A DNA stretch of 63,981 nucleotides, filler included, from an uncultured Planctomycetales bacterium (lineage in GTDB: Bacteria > Omnitrophota > Gorgyraeia > Gygaellales > Profunditerraquicolaceae): NCBI GenBank assembly GCA_964487475.1. It is 7 parts of 7 records of this genome, joined end to end, with 100 filler letters (N's around TTAATTAATTAA, not from the genome) between each part and the next. Parts side by side here need not be neighbours in the genome. Positions count along the whole stretch, not along the records: positions 1 to 8,054 come from CAZAPM010000007.1; positions 8,155 to 33,094 come from CAZAPM010000009.1; 5 more parts are not named here. One strand, 5' to 3'. The position numbers were made by a program, and so were the translations under genes. Shown here piece by piece: positions 1-9,203 of this stretch (position 1 is the stretch's first letter; each line of letters begins with the position of its first letter). The notes below the pieces were generated by a model. The model was not told the origin of the DNA. It saw only the letters and a program-made list of their open reading frames with translations, and ran no database searches.

Positions 1-1
1 T

Positions 2-130
2 TCCCGCGCGTACCGGTATTTCAAGTTGGCGGTCTCGGAGGAGAGGCGGATCAAGAAACTGCCGCGGAAAGGTAAGGAATCGCTTATCCTGAACCGGGGC
101 AGGCGTATAAGGAGGAAGCGTGCCGGTTAA
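2..130 (+). CDS. 3' end of a probable GIY-YIG (UPF0213-like) nuclease, partial
   Basis: Manual translation ...LAVSEERRIKKLPRKGKESLI... resembles the C-terminal ExxIKxxxRxxKxxLI motif of small GIY-YIG nucleases; stop overlaps the next ORF. Confidence 0.45.
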   Translation, partial: SRAYRYFKLAVSEERRIKKLPRKGKESLILNRGRRIRRKRAG

Positions 131-947
131 GTTGTCAGGGTTCCTTTCCGGGCTCCTGTTCTTGTGGTGGAGCCTTATTGCGGCAGGTGCGGCAGAGCCG
201 GTGGTGGCGGTATTTGGCGACAGCCAGTACGATCATGAGGCGCACCGGGCGGTCGTCGCCCGTATCATCGATGAACAGCCGGTCGCGGTCTTCTCCGTAG
301 GGGATCAGGTGCATACGGGCAATGATCCGGGAGAGTGGAAGATCTTCAACCGTATCATGGTTCCCCTGCGCGCCATGGCCAGGTATTATCCCGCCCTGGG
401 CAATCATGAGCGCAACTCCCGGTTGTATTATGAGAATTTCGCATTGCCCAATAATGAGCGCTGGTACCGGGTGGTGGAGCAGGGGGTGCATTATTTCGTG
501 CTGGACAGCAACGCTCCCCTGACACCGGCCTCCGCGCAGTACCTGTGGCTGCGTGGCGAGCTTGCGCGCGAAGTGAAAAAAGCGGATTTTACGGTGGTGC
601 TTTTTCATCACCCTCTTTATTCCTCATCCGGAGGCCACGCTGCCGATGAAAAGGGGTGGCGGCAGGTGTTGGCACCTCTTTTTAAGGAGTATGGCATCGA
701 TGCGGTCTTCAGCGGCCACATGCACAATTACGAGCGGCTGTACTCCGAGGGGGTGTATTATTTCGTGACTGCGGGAGCAGGGGGTAAACTGCGCGGGCAG
801 GAACAGCCTGTCCCCGAGTCCCAGAGGTTCGAGCCGGTGCATCACTACTGCACGATCACCCGGGAGAACGACGGGCTGCGGATAAGGGCCAAGGACACGG
901 CCGGCCGGGAGATCGATACCGTGCTCATCGAGGCGTATAAGGAGTAA
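120..947 (+). CDS. Exported metallophosphoesterase (calcineurin-like / purple acid phosphatase-like)
   Basis: Signal peptide; GDSQ, GDQV, GNHE, HHP and GHMH motifs. Confidence 0.9.
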   Translation: MPVKLSGFLSGLLFLWWSLIAAGAAEPVVAVFGDSQYDHEAHRAVVARIIDEQPVAVFSVGDQVHTGNDPGEWKIFNRIMVPLRAMARYYPALGNHERNSRLYYENFALPNNERWYRVVEQGVHYFVLDSNAPLTPASAQYLWLRGELAREVKKADFTVVLFHHPLYSSSGGHAADEKGWRQVLAPLFKEYGIDAVFSGHMHNYERLYSEGVYYFVTAGAGGKLRGQEQPVPESQRFEPVHHYCTITRENDGLRIRAKDTAGREIDTVLIEAYKE

Positions 948-969
948 TTCTCACTGAGGGAGGTCCGCG

Positions 970-1788
970 TTGGATATCCGAGGTTCTTTTCTGGGGATGC
1001 ATCCGCTGTTGCAGGCGCTGGTGGCGGGTTTGTTCACCTGGATGATCACCGCGCTGGGCGCTGCCGGCGTGTTTGTGACCAGGTCCTCCAATCAGAAGCT
1101 TTTGGACCTGATGCTGGGATTTGCCGCAGGGGTGATGCTCGCAGCCAGCTTCTGGTCGTTGCTTGCCCCGGCTATCGCCATGTCGCAGCAGAATGCTTTG
1201 GCGCCCTGGATGCCGGCCGCCACCGGTTTTCTCCTGGGCACCGTATTCTTAAGGCTGATCGACAGGTTCCTTCCGCACGTGCACCTGGGTTTCCCTACGG
1301 ATGAGGCAGAGGGGATCAAGACCACCTGGAAGAGGAGCACCCTGCTTTTGGCGGCGATCACTTTGCATAATATCCCCGAAGGGCTGGCTATCGGCGTTGC
1401 CTTCGGCGCGGTCGCCGCGGGAGAGCCTGCCGCGACCTTAGCCGGCGCGGTGGCGCTGGCGTTAGGCATAGGTATCCAGAATTTCCCGGAAGGGTTTGCC
1501 GTGTCCATGCCTTTGCACAGGGCAGGGATGAGCAAGATAAAAAGCTTCTGGTACGGCCAGCTGTCCGCAGCCGTTGAGCCGATTGCCGCCGTGATCGGCG
1601 CGGGGCTCGTGGTGCTGGCCAAGCCGCTGCTTCCTTACGCGCTTTCCTTTGCCGCAGGCGCGATGATCTTTGTGGTGGTCGAAGAGGTGATACCGGAATC
1701 CCAGCGCAACGGTAATACCGATCTGGCGACGGCGGGTACCGTGGCGGGATTCCTGCTGATGATGATCCTGGACGTCGGATTGGGGTAA
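970..1788 (+). CDS. ZIP family (GufA-like) divalent metal transporter
   Basis: HNIPEGLAIG and QNFPEG motifs; multiple TM helices. Confidence 0.93.
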   Translation: MDIRGSFLGMHPLLQALVAGLFTWMITALGAAGVFVTRSSNQKLLDLMLGFAAGVMLAASFWSLLAPAIAMSQQNALAPWMPAATGFLLGTVFLRLIDRFLPHVHLGFPTDEAEGIKTTWKRSTLLLAAITLHNIPEGLAIGVAFGAVAAGEPAATLAGAVALALGIGIQNFPEGFAVSMPLHRAGMSKIKSFWYGQLSAAVEPIAAVIGAGLVVLAKPLLPYALSFAAGAMIFVVVEEVIPESQRNGNTDLATAGTVAGFLLMMILDVGLG

Positions 1789-1808
1789 CCTGAGGAGGGG
1801 TAGGAGGA

Positions 1809-2198
1809 ATGCTGCAGAAAGTATTGTTCATTGCCGCGGGCGGCGCGCTGGGGTCGGTGGCGCGCTATCTGCTTTCGGGGATCGATTATAAGGTGTCGGA
1901 AGGGGTGTTCCCTGCGGGGACCCTGATGGTGAACCTCCTGGGGTCTCTGGCGATCGGTTTTTTCTGGGGGATCAGCGAGTATTCGGTGTTCTCTTCCCAG
2001 ATGCGTCTGTTCCTGTTCGTGGGGATACTGGGAGGGTTCACCACTTTTTCCACGTTCGCGCTTGAGAATTTCAATCTTATCCGTGACGGTGAAGGCGGGA
2101 TCGCGGTGGTCAACATCCTGCTTTCCAATGTGCTGGGGATCGCGCTGGTGTTCGGCGGATACGCTTTGGCGCGGATGGCGGTGCAGGTGTCAAAATAG
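1809..2198 (+). CDS. crcB: Fluoride efflux channel CrcB/Fluc
   Basis: GGALGSVARY and GGFTTFSTF signature motifs; GGAGG RBS. Confidence 0.95.
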   Translation: MLQKVLFIAAGGALGSVARYLLSGIDYKVSEGVFPAGTLMVNLLGSLAIGFFWGISEYSVFSSQMRLFLFVGILGGFTTFSTFALENFNLIRDGEGGIAVVNILLSNVLGIALVFGGYALARMAVQVSK

Positions 2199-2208
2199 AA
2201 GGTAAGGG

Positions 2209-3927
2209 TTAAAAAGTATCGCGCGGACGCAGGAACCCTTTAGGCAGGATATACACGTATTCCGTATTGACGTTGGAAGGCGACTTCCATGATGCCGCGA
2301 TATAGCGGTCCAGCCCGTAGATCCGGTTGTAGTGGGAGACGAACACCCCTCCGTGAGTCAGGAACTCCCTGAGCGCCTGAATTTTTGTCGGCCCCGTCCT
2401 GAATGATACCGGATACGGTATAAGGTTATATCGCGGGGCCTGCACTCCCGGCCTTTCGCTTCCCAGGATGAACCATCTCCGTGACAGCGCCCTTTCCAGA
2501 TGCATGATCTCTTCGCAATACGCCCGGGGGACGAAGGGAGTGTGGATACTTACCCGCGATGCCCCGAATCTGAACTTCTGTGCGCAGGCGTTCATGCTGT
2601 TCGCCCGTTCCCATATCCGATCGGAAGATCCCTTGTCAGGCAGCAGGGTGGTAAATGAGGCGTAGATCGGCAGATATACGGTCGTGCCTTCGGGGACGTT
2701 CTTTTCGATCCATTCCACGGCACGCTGCGGGGCATAGTAGAAACGCAGCGCGTTGGAGAAGGAAATGTTGTAGTTGATGGCGATCAGCACTCCGACCGCA
2801 ACGTATATCCCGCTTATTTTGGGGATGAACCGCCTTAAGTTACCGACCGCAACCGGCATGGTAAGGGCTAACGAGGTGTACAGGGGGCCGTCGTACCGGA
2901 AGGGGGTGTCCTTCTCCCGGATGAAGATCATGACTATCAGGAGCAGCGTATATGCCAGGAAGCCCAAGGAGTATACCCTGTTTTTCCGGTGCGCGAGCGT
3001 CAGGCCGAACACTGCCGTGAAGAACAGGAATATCGCGCCGGTTTCCGTAAGGCCGGTGAGCAGTTTGCCGAGGTACTCCGAAAGCGGGGACAGGCAGATG
3101 AAACGGGTGATCAGGACCACCCGGGCCATTTCGATGATGCCGATCACGATCCAGGGGCTGGCGATCAGGATCGTGATGATCGCCGTTGCCAGTAACTGCG
3201 CGGTCCTTTTTACCCGGAGGCCGGTTTCTTCCCTGTTCCAGAGCTCCCATACCAGGAAAAAGAGCAGCTGGGTCATCTCGATCCTCGAGGCGATGGCCAG
3301 GCCGATGAACATCCCCGAGAGCACCGCGCGCGGTTTGCCCGGCACGGCGATAAAATAGAGGGCCCAGGCCCCCAATGCCCAGCTGAAGGAGTAGGCGGTC
3401 GCCATGACCGAATGCTCGACCAATGTGGGTACGCAGGCGGCGATCGCGCCGGCGATCAGCCCTCCGGAGAGCCCCATTTTTTTCTCCCCTATCCTGAAAC
3501 TGGCCGCTACCGCGGAGAGGGAGAAGAGCAGGCTGAGGAAGACCATGATGTTCTTGAGCGGAAGAGGGTTCCGGTAGAGGTCGAAAAGGGCATATTGGAT
3601 CGCCTGGTATGGCCTAAGCAGCAGGGGCGAGGCAGGCGCTCCCGTTGCGGCGGGAAAGCTCAGGCGTATGAATTCAACCGCGGTCGCCGCCGCGCAATAT
3701 CCCCAGCTGATCCAGGTGGTGATCGCGGCAGGAGCGATCTTGTAGGAGGGAAGCATTCCTTCCCAAAGCACGGCGCCGCTGAATATATAATTCTGTTCGT
3801 CGCAGGAAAGGGCTTGGGCCGGGTCCTGGAGGTGGTAGAGCCTCAAGGCAAGCGCCAGCAGAAGCACAGCCCCAAGCCACACCACCGGATTTTTTGGGAA
3901 TGATCTTTTGATGGCTGACACGTTCAT
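2209..3927 (-). CDS. GT-C fold (ArnT/PMT-like) membrane glycosyltransferase
   Basis: LALALRL followed by a DE motif (SCDE) in the first loop; many TM helices then a soluble C-terminal domain. Confidence 0.65.
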   Translation of the reverse strand: MNVSAIKRSFPKNPVVWLGAVLLLALALRLYHLQDPAQALSCDEQNYIFSGAVLWEGMLPSYKIAPAAITTWISWGYCAAATAVEFIRLSFPAATGAPASPLLLRPYQAIQYALFDLYRNPLPLKNIMVFLSLLFSLSAVAASFRIGEKKMGLSGGLIAGAIAACVPTLVEHSVMATAYSFSWALGAWALYFIAVPGKPRAVLSGMFIGLAIASRIEMTQLLFFLVWELWNREETGLRVKRTAQLLATAIITILIASPWIVIGIIEMARVVLITRFICLSPLSEYLGKLLTGLTETGAIFLFFTAVFGLTLAHRKNRVYSLGFLAYTLLLIVMIFIREKDTPFRYDGPLYTSLALTMPVAVGNLRRFIPKISGIYVAVGVLIAINYNISFSNALRFYYAPQRAVEWIEKNVPEGTTVYLPIYASFTTLLPDKGSSDRIWERANSMNACAQKFRFGASRVSIHTPFVPRAYCEEIMHLERALSRRWFILGSERPGVQAPRYNLIPYPVSFRTGPTKIQALREFLTHGGVFVSHYNRIYGLDRYIAASWKSPSNVNTEYVYILPKGFLRPRDTF

Positions 3928-3933
3928 AGCTGA

Positions 3934-3962
3934 ATTATATAAAGTTACGTAACTAATTGCAA
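3934..3962 (-). promoter_or_regulatory. Sigma70 promoter, probably leaderless, with a palindrome in the spacer
   Basis: Minus strand TTGCAA-N17-TATAAT, 6 nt before the ATG at 3927; AGTTACGTAACT palindrome at 3943-3954. Confidence 0.65.
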
Positions 3963-4028
3963 TTCATTTTTTTAAGGCATGGATCCCGGCAATGCGGTAT
4001 AATATAAAAAAATGAAAGGCGGGAGCAA

Positions 4029-4235
4029 ATGAAGTTCGTGTTGCGCAGGGAGTTCATCGAGCTCGATAACATGCTTAAGACCATGGAACTGGTATCCTGC
4101 GGCGCGGAGGCAAAACAGCTGATCCAGGAGGGCGCAGTGCGGGTGAACGGCGCTTTGGAGACGCGGATCCGCCGAAAACTGCGGCAGGGGGATACGGTGG
4201 AGTTCGGGGATAAGGTCATCACGCTGGTGGCGTGA
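4029..4235 (+). CDS. Small S4-domain RNA-binding protein (YbcJ/YaaA-like)
   Basis: FIELDNMLK...GAEAK..I..G.VRVNG..ETR.RRKL..GD pattern. Confidence 0.9.
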   Translation: MKFVLRREFIELDNMLKTMELVSCGAEAKQLIQEGAVRVNGALETRIRRKLRQGDTVEFGDKVITLVA

Positions 4236-4251
4236 GAGGGTAACATAAGCA

Positions 4252-4485
4252 ATGGATAAAGAGCTTCTTGATCTGGGGCCGCAGCCGCTGGCACACGTTA
4301 TGGACAGGCTGGGATTGAAGCCTTCTGATCTTGTGGACGCGTCAACGGAACAGTTGAACTTCAAGATGGTCAGCCGTGCGTGTAAGGGCAGGAGGCTGAC
4401 TCTCCGCGTCAAACAGAAAATCCTCCGTGCCTTGTGTAAAGCTTCCGGAAAGAAGTACGGAATAGAAGACATATTCGACTATTGA
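4252..4485 (+). CDS. Conserved small hypothetical protein, possibly HTH-like
   Basis: Clean ORF in operon position; DLGPQPL...KMVSRACKGRRLT pattern recalls small PVC proteins. Confidence 0.7.
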   Translation: MDKELLDLGPQPLAHVMDRLGLKPSDLVDASTEQLNFKMVSRACKGRRLTLRVKQKILRALCKASGKKYGIEDIFDY

Positions 4486-4504
4486 ACTTTTTACCAGATG
4501 TAAC

Positions 4505-4534
4505 TTGCTGCAATCCCACGCATTATGCTATAAT
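4505..4534 (+). promoter_or_regulatory. Sigma70 promoter with extended -10, probably leaderless
   Basis: TTGCTG-N18-TATAAT with TG at 4526-4527; ATG 6 nt downstream; no SD. Confidence 0.6.
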
Positions 4535-4540
4535 AAAAAA

Positions 4541-5911
4541 ATGAAGATCGTGCTGGTCAACCTGCCTTGGTTCAAGTCCGGACGTTTGGGTGTCAGGGGA
4601 GGTTCTCGATGGCCTTTTACCTGTAGCCCTGGGCCGGAAGGCCGCCTGTTATACGTCCCTTTCCCGTTTTTTCTCGCATATTCTGCGTCTTTGCTTAAAA
4701 AGCACGGGCATAGCGTGACCTTGATCGATGCCATCGCGCAGGAGCTTGGCGAGCGCGAATGCCTGGAAAAGATCAGGGAGTGCGCTCCGGATCTTGTTGC
4801 CGCGGAGATATCGACACCCTCTTTCAATAATGATATGCGGCTGATCGAACAGCTTCGGGGTATGGCCGAAGATGCAAGGATCGCGGTGTGCGGGCCGCAT
4901 GCGGGAGTCTTTGCCCGGGAGATACTGCTGCAGCATCCCGCCGTAGAATACGTGTGCATCGGGGAATATGAGCAGACACTCCTCGAGCTTTCCGCCGCGC
5001 TGCGGGATAAGTCTTCTTTGGAAGGCGTGCCAGGGCTGGCATATCGCGGCGCCGGTGACGTGATCCTGACCTCTGCGCGTACCGCTGGCGCGGGGCCGTT
5101 GGACCTGCCTTGGCCGGAGCGTACCGCGCCTTTGATCTATAACTATAACGACGGCTTTGCCGGTATGCCTGTTCCTAACGTGCAGATGCTGGCTTCCCGC
5201 GGGTGCCCCTTCGGATGCACCTTTTGCCTCCTTCCTCAGACTTTGTACAGGGGCAACGGCTACCGGAAAAGGGATCACCGGGATGTGATCGATGAGATGG
5301 AGTACCTGATCCGGGAGTTCGGGTTCAAGGCCGTGTATTTCGACGACGAAGTGTTTAACGCCGACCGCGGCTACGTGATCGAGCTTTGCGAGGAGATGAT
5401 CCGCAGGGGGATATCGATACCCTGGGCGGCCATGACCCGTGTCGACCTGATGGATGAGGGCTTGTTGCGGGTCATGCAGCGCTCCGGCTTGTACGCGGTC
5501 AAGTACGGGATCGAATCGGCCGATGCGCAGATACGCGCGCAGTGCAATAAACGTCTGGACCTGGAGAAGGCCCGTGCGGTCATCGATATCACCCGGCACT
5601 TGGGGGTGAAAGTCCATTTGACCTTCTGCCTCGGTCTGCCCGGCGAAACCCGGCAGACGGTGCAGGAAACGGTCGATTTCGTGCATGCGGTATCACCGGA
5701 ATCCTTTCAGTTCACCTTTGCCACGCCGTATCCCGGTACGGAGTATTTCCGGTATGCGCGCGAAAAAGGGTGGATCGGTTCGCTGAACTGGGATGATTAT
5801 GACGGGAATGACCGGTTCATCGTGCGTACGGAGGCATTGACCATGCAGGATCTGGAGGAGGTCAAGGCGGAATTGCTCGACCGATTTAAAGGGAAGTGCT
5901 GTTGTATGTAG
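4541..5911 (+). CDS. B12-binding radical SAM protein
   Basis: N-terminal cobalamin-binding domain, GSRWP motif, SRGCPFGCTFC (CxxxCxxC); start taken at MKIVLVN. Confidence 0.9.
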   Translation: MKIVLVNLPWFKSGRLGVRGGSRWPFTCSPGPEGRLLYVPFPFFLAYSASLLKKHGHSVTLIDAIAQELGERECLEKIRECAPDLVAAEISTPSFNNDMRLIEQLRGMAEDARIAVCGPHAGVFAREILLQHPAVEYVCIGEYEQTLLELSAALRDKSSLEGVPGLAYRGAGDVILTSARTAGAGPLDLPWPERTAPLIYNYNDGFAGMPVPNVQMLASRGCPFGCTFCLLPQTLYRGNGYRKRDHRDVIDEMEYLIREFGFKAVYFDDEVFNADRGYVIELCEEMIRRGISIPWAAMTRVDLMDEGLLRVMQRSGLYAVKYGIESADAQIRAQCNKRLDLEKARAVIDITRHLGVKVHLTFCLGLPGETRQTVQETVDFVHAVSPESFQFTFATPYPGTEYFRYAREKGWIGSLNWDDYDGNDRFIVRTEALTMQDLEEVKAELLDRFKGKCCCM

Positions 5912-5972
5912 CCGGGTTGCGGCAGGGAGACCGCTTCCGGCCGGCCATGTTGTCTATCGGAAGGAGTGGGAA

Positions 5973-6572
5973 ATGAACGTACTGATGCTGTGGGTGTCGA
6001 TCGCGGTGCTGTGTACCTGGTGCGCTCCCTTGAGTCACGCCGATACTATGCGCCTGAAATCCGGGAGAGAACTGGAAGGTACGGTGCTCGAGGATTCCGC
6101 GGACAGGATCAAATTCAAGGAATCCGGGCAGGATTTCGATATGATCTATTTCAAGGAGGAGATCGAGAGCATCACGACTTCACAGGGAACGGTCTCTCCC
6201 AAGCCCGCCCTTGCGCCGGTAGCGGAGTTGCCGCTTACGGGGAATTGGTGGAAGTATTCGGAATCCGATAACGGGAACACGCAGCAGACTCTGGTGAGAG
6301 CTTCCGCCCTTGGCGCGGAGGATGTGCGCATCGCCGGACTCGATTTTCGGGGATGCCGCAAGGAGTCCCAGGTCAAGGAAGTGAAAAATCCCGATGGATC
6401 CCGCGATGTGGATGACTGTACGGTCTGGTCCGCCGAGGGAATAGGCAAGGTCAAGGAAGAGTGCCGGACGATGCGGTATGCCGCCGATGGGAAGGTATTA
6501 GAGGAGGGGGCGTTCAAGAGGCAGCTTATTTCGGCCAGCGTCGATGGTAATTCCGTCGGCGACATCCGGTAA
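5973..6572 (+). CDS. Exported hypothetical protein
   Basis: Signal peptide ending SHA, then DTMRLKSGRELEG module; AAGGAG RBS. Confidence 0.7.
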   Translation: MNVLMLWVSIAVLCTWCAPLSHADTMRLKSGRELEGTVLEDSADRIKFKESGQDFDMIYFKEEIESITTSQGTVSPKPALAPVAELPLTGNWWKYSESDNGNTQQTLVRASALGAEDVRIAGLDFRGCRKESQVKEVKNPDGSRDVDDCTVWSAEGIGKVKEECRTMRYAADGKVLEEGAFKRQLISASVDGNSVGDIR

Positions 6573-6587
6573 GGGGACCAATCACGC

Positions 6588-7802
6588 ATGTTCCCGGCGG
6601 TCAGCAGGAGGATCATTCACACCTACAGGGGGGAATTGCGGGATATCATTTCCTTGTTGTGTGCGCGCCGGTTCATCCGCGGGGAGTGCGTCGCTGAGTT
6701 CGAAGGGCGGTTCGCCGGATACGCGGGAGCCCGGTATGCCGTCGCGGTTTCTTCGGGAAGGCATGCCCTCTTCGGGATGATCAAAGCGCTGGGGTTGCCT
6801 TCGGGCAGCGAGGTCATCCTGCCGGCGTACGAGGATATGAGCGTGCCCCGCGCGGTATTGGAGGCGGGGCTCACCCCGGTTTTTGTGGACATTGACGGCC
6901 GCACCCAGAACTCCGATATTTCAAGGATACTGGAAAAGGTGACGGAGAAGACGTCGGCGGTCATCGTCACCCATCTCTTCGGGAATCCCGCTGATGTGCC
7001 GGGCATCCGCCGGGCCCTGGGGCAGAAGAGGGTCATGCTCATCGAAGACTGCGCTCACGCCGTAGGCACGCAATGGGCTGGCAGACACGTGGGGGTGAAC
7101 GGCGACCTGTCGTTTTTCAGTTTCAATACCACCAAGCCGTTTACCTGTTTCGGAGGCGGGATGATCCTGACGCAGCGGGAAGAGGTTTGGCGCGCGTTGC
7201 GGGAGTATTTCGACGGTCTGCCGCTGCCTTCGACGCGGGAGATCCTCGGGAAGATCCTTCCGGCATATCTCCTCTTCTTGTTGACTTCACGGTGGTCCTT
7301 TACTTGTACGGTGTATCCGTTGTTGCGGCTTTTGACCTTGTGTCAGGCCGATGTGCTTAAAGTATACGCGGCATGTTTCAAGCGTTCCCGCACGCACGGG
7401 AAGGGGTATACCAGGTTCTCCAATGTGCAGGCATTCGTCGGATTGAGGCAGTTGGAACGCCTGGAAGGGACCCTCAAGGCGCGCCTCCGCAATGCCCTTC
7501 TGCTGGATAGTTTACTGCGTAAGGATATTCCCAGGCCTGTGCTTACGGCGGGTTGCAATTATTATTTTTACCTGCTTTTCTCGCCCGATCAGAAGCGTTT
7601 TCGCCAGAGACTGCTGCGGGAGGGGCTCGACACCGGAGAGTCCCTGATGAGGAATTGCGCCGCGTTGCTGTCAGCGCCCGGCATGTACCCGGAAACGGAG
7701 CGCGCGATACGGGAGAGCGTGCAGATCCCGGTGCATGAAAGGCTCTCCGAAAAAGATATCCGCGACATGGCAGTTATCATCAACACGCAGTATACCCGCT
7801 GA
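6588..7802 (+). CDS. DegT/DnrJ/EryC1/StrS family PLP aminotransferase
   Basis: SSGRHAL, HLFG, IEDCAHA and SFNTTK (PLP-binding Lys) motifs. Confidence 0.9.
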   Translation: MFPAVSRRIIHTYRGELRDIISLLCARRFIRGECVAEFEGRFAGYAGARYAVAVSSGRHALFGMIKALGLPSGSEVILPAYEDMSVPRAVLEAGLTPVFVDIDGRTQNSDISRILEKVTEKTSAVIVTHLFGNPADVPGIRRALGQKRVMLIEDCAHAVGTQWAGRHVGVNGDLSFFSFNTTKPFTCFGGGMILTQREEVWRALREYFDGLPLPSTREILGKILPAYLLFLLTSRWSFTCTVYPLLRLLTLCQADVLKVYAACFKRSRTHGKGYTRFSNVQAFVGLRQLERLEGTLKARLRNALLLDSLLRKDIPRPVLTAGCNYYFYLLFSPDQKRFRQRLLREGLDTGESLMRNCAALLSAPGMYPETERAIRESVQIPVHERLSEKDIRDMAVIINTQYTR

Positions 7803-7810
7803 CGCATACG

Positions 7811-8054
7811 ATGAAGAGATCCCATACGCTTGTACTGGCAGTAGCCGTGTATTCGCTGGTGTTCACGGCGTTGTGCATACTGCGGTACCGGTCGTTCTTT
7901 GCCGACACCTGGGAGGACTCCTCGGTATACAATCAGATACTCTGGAACATCGCGCACGGTTTCGGGCCGTTTTCCTCCATCAGCGGCAGCGTGTTCAAGG
8001 AGCATACCTCATTCATCCTGTACCCGGTGGCGGCGCTCTATGCGCTCTGGCCGC
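7811..8054 (+). CDS. DUF2079-like membrane glycosyltransferase, 5' part (cut by contig end)
   Basis: N-terminal TM then D...YNQILWN..HG...H.S pattern. Confidence 0.6.
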
Positions 8055-8154
8055 NNNNNNNNNNNNNNNNNNNNNNNNNNNNNNNNNNNNNNNNNNNNTT
8101 AATTAATTAANNNNNNNNNNNNNNNNNNNNNNNNNNNNNNNNNNNNNNNNNNNN
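8055..8154. other. Artificial contig linker
   Basis: N run containing TTAATTAATTAA (stops in all six frames). Confidence 0.98.
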
Positions 8155-9203
8155 GGGATTCGGAGATCATCGCCGGACTCCTGCGCCAGGAGGGGTTTGC
8201 CCTCGCCGATTCCTGGGAGGAGGCGCAGGTGGTGATCTTCAACACCTGTTCCGTGCGCCAGCACGCCGAGGATAAGGTCTGGAGCGAGATCGGCCGCATC
8301 GCGAAAAAAGGCAAGAGGCTGATCGGCCTGGTCGGGTGCATGGCCCAGAACTACGAGCAGAAGGTGTTTACCCGCAGCCCCCACGTCGACTTCGTGGTGG
8401 GGCCTAAGAATATCCAGTCCATCGGCAAGGTGGTCAAGGCCGCGTTCGAGAAGCGCGTGCGGGAAACCGGCGCCAAGGCCAGGGACGAATCCATGTACCA
8501 TACAGGATTCCACGCCTCGAAGGACCACTGCTTTACGGTCATCTCGCACGGCTGCTCAAATTACTGCTCCTATTGCGTTGTGCCATTCGTGCGCGGAGAG
8601 CTGCAGCATCGGAAACACGAGGATATCCTCCGCGAAGTAAAGGAGGCGGTCGATTCCGGGATACCGAGCATCACCCTTTTGGGACAGAACGTCAATTCGT
8701 ATAAGGACGGCAAGGTCGGTTTCGTGGAGCTGATCGGGATGGTGGAGAAGGTCGCGGGCTTAAAGGAGTTCGGGTTCGTCACCTCGCACCCTAAGGACGC
8801 TTCCCCGGAACTTTTCAAGGTCATGGGCGCGTCAAAGAAGCTGAAGAAGTATCTGCACTTGCCTTTTCAGTCCGGAGCTGATAGTGTATTGAAGAGGATG
8901 AACCGCGGATACACCCGGGCGCACTACCTTGCCCTGGTCGAACAGTACCGGGCGTTAGTGCCCGGCGGGCAGTTGAGCACGGACGTGATCGTGGGCTTTC
9001 CCGGAGAGACGGAGGAGGAGTTCGCGCAGACGCGCTCCCTGTTGGAGCAGGTGAGATTCGACTGTGCTTTTCTCTTCAAGTATTCCCCGCGGCCGCACAC
9101 CGCCGCCAGCAAGCTGCCGGATGACGTCACCCAGAAGGACAAAGAGCGCAGGCACCGCATCCTCCTGGACCTGCAGAAGAGGATATCCAAGGAATTACGA
9201 TGA
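8155..9203 (+). CDS. miaB: tRNA methylthiotransferase MiaB, 5' truncated; no C-terminal TRAM domain
   Basis: DSE, NTCSVRQHAEDK, GCMAQ, GCSNYCSYCVVPFVRG, LLGQNVNSY, IVGFPGET; neighbour of miaA. Confidence 0.88.

Noticed and set aside
1789..1808. Fluoride riboswitch before crcB
   Set aside because: Only 20 nt of intergenic sequence and no recognisable aptamer; crcB is internal to the operon
8099..8110. Repeated TTAATTAATTAA palindrome (also near 33139, 50730, 53996, 56126, 61053)
   Set aside because: Always centred in N runs; an artificial six-frame-stop contig linker, not biology
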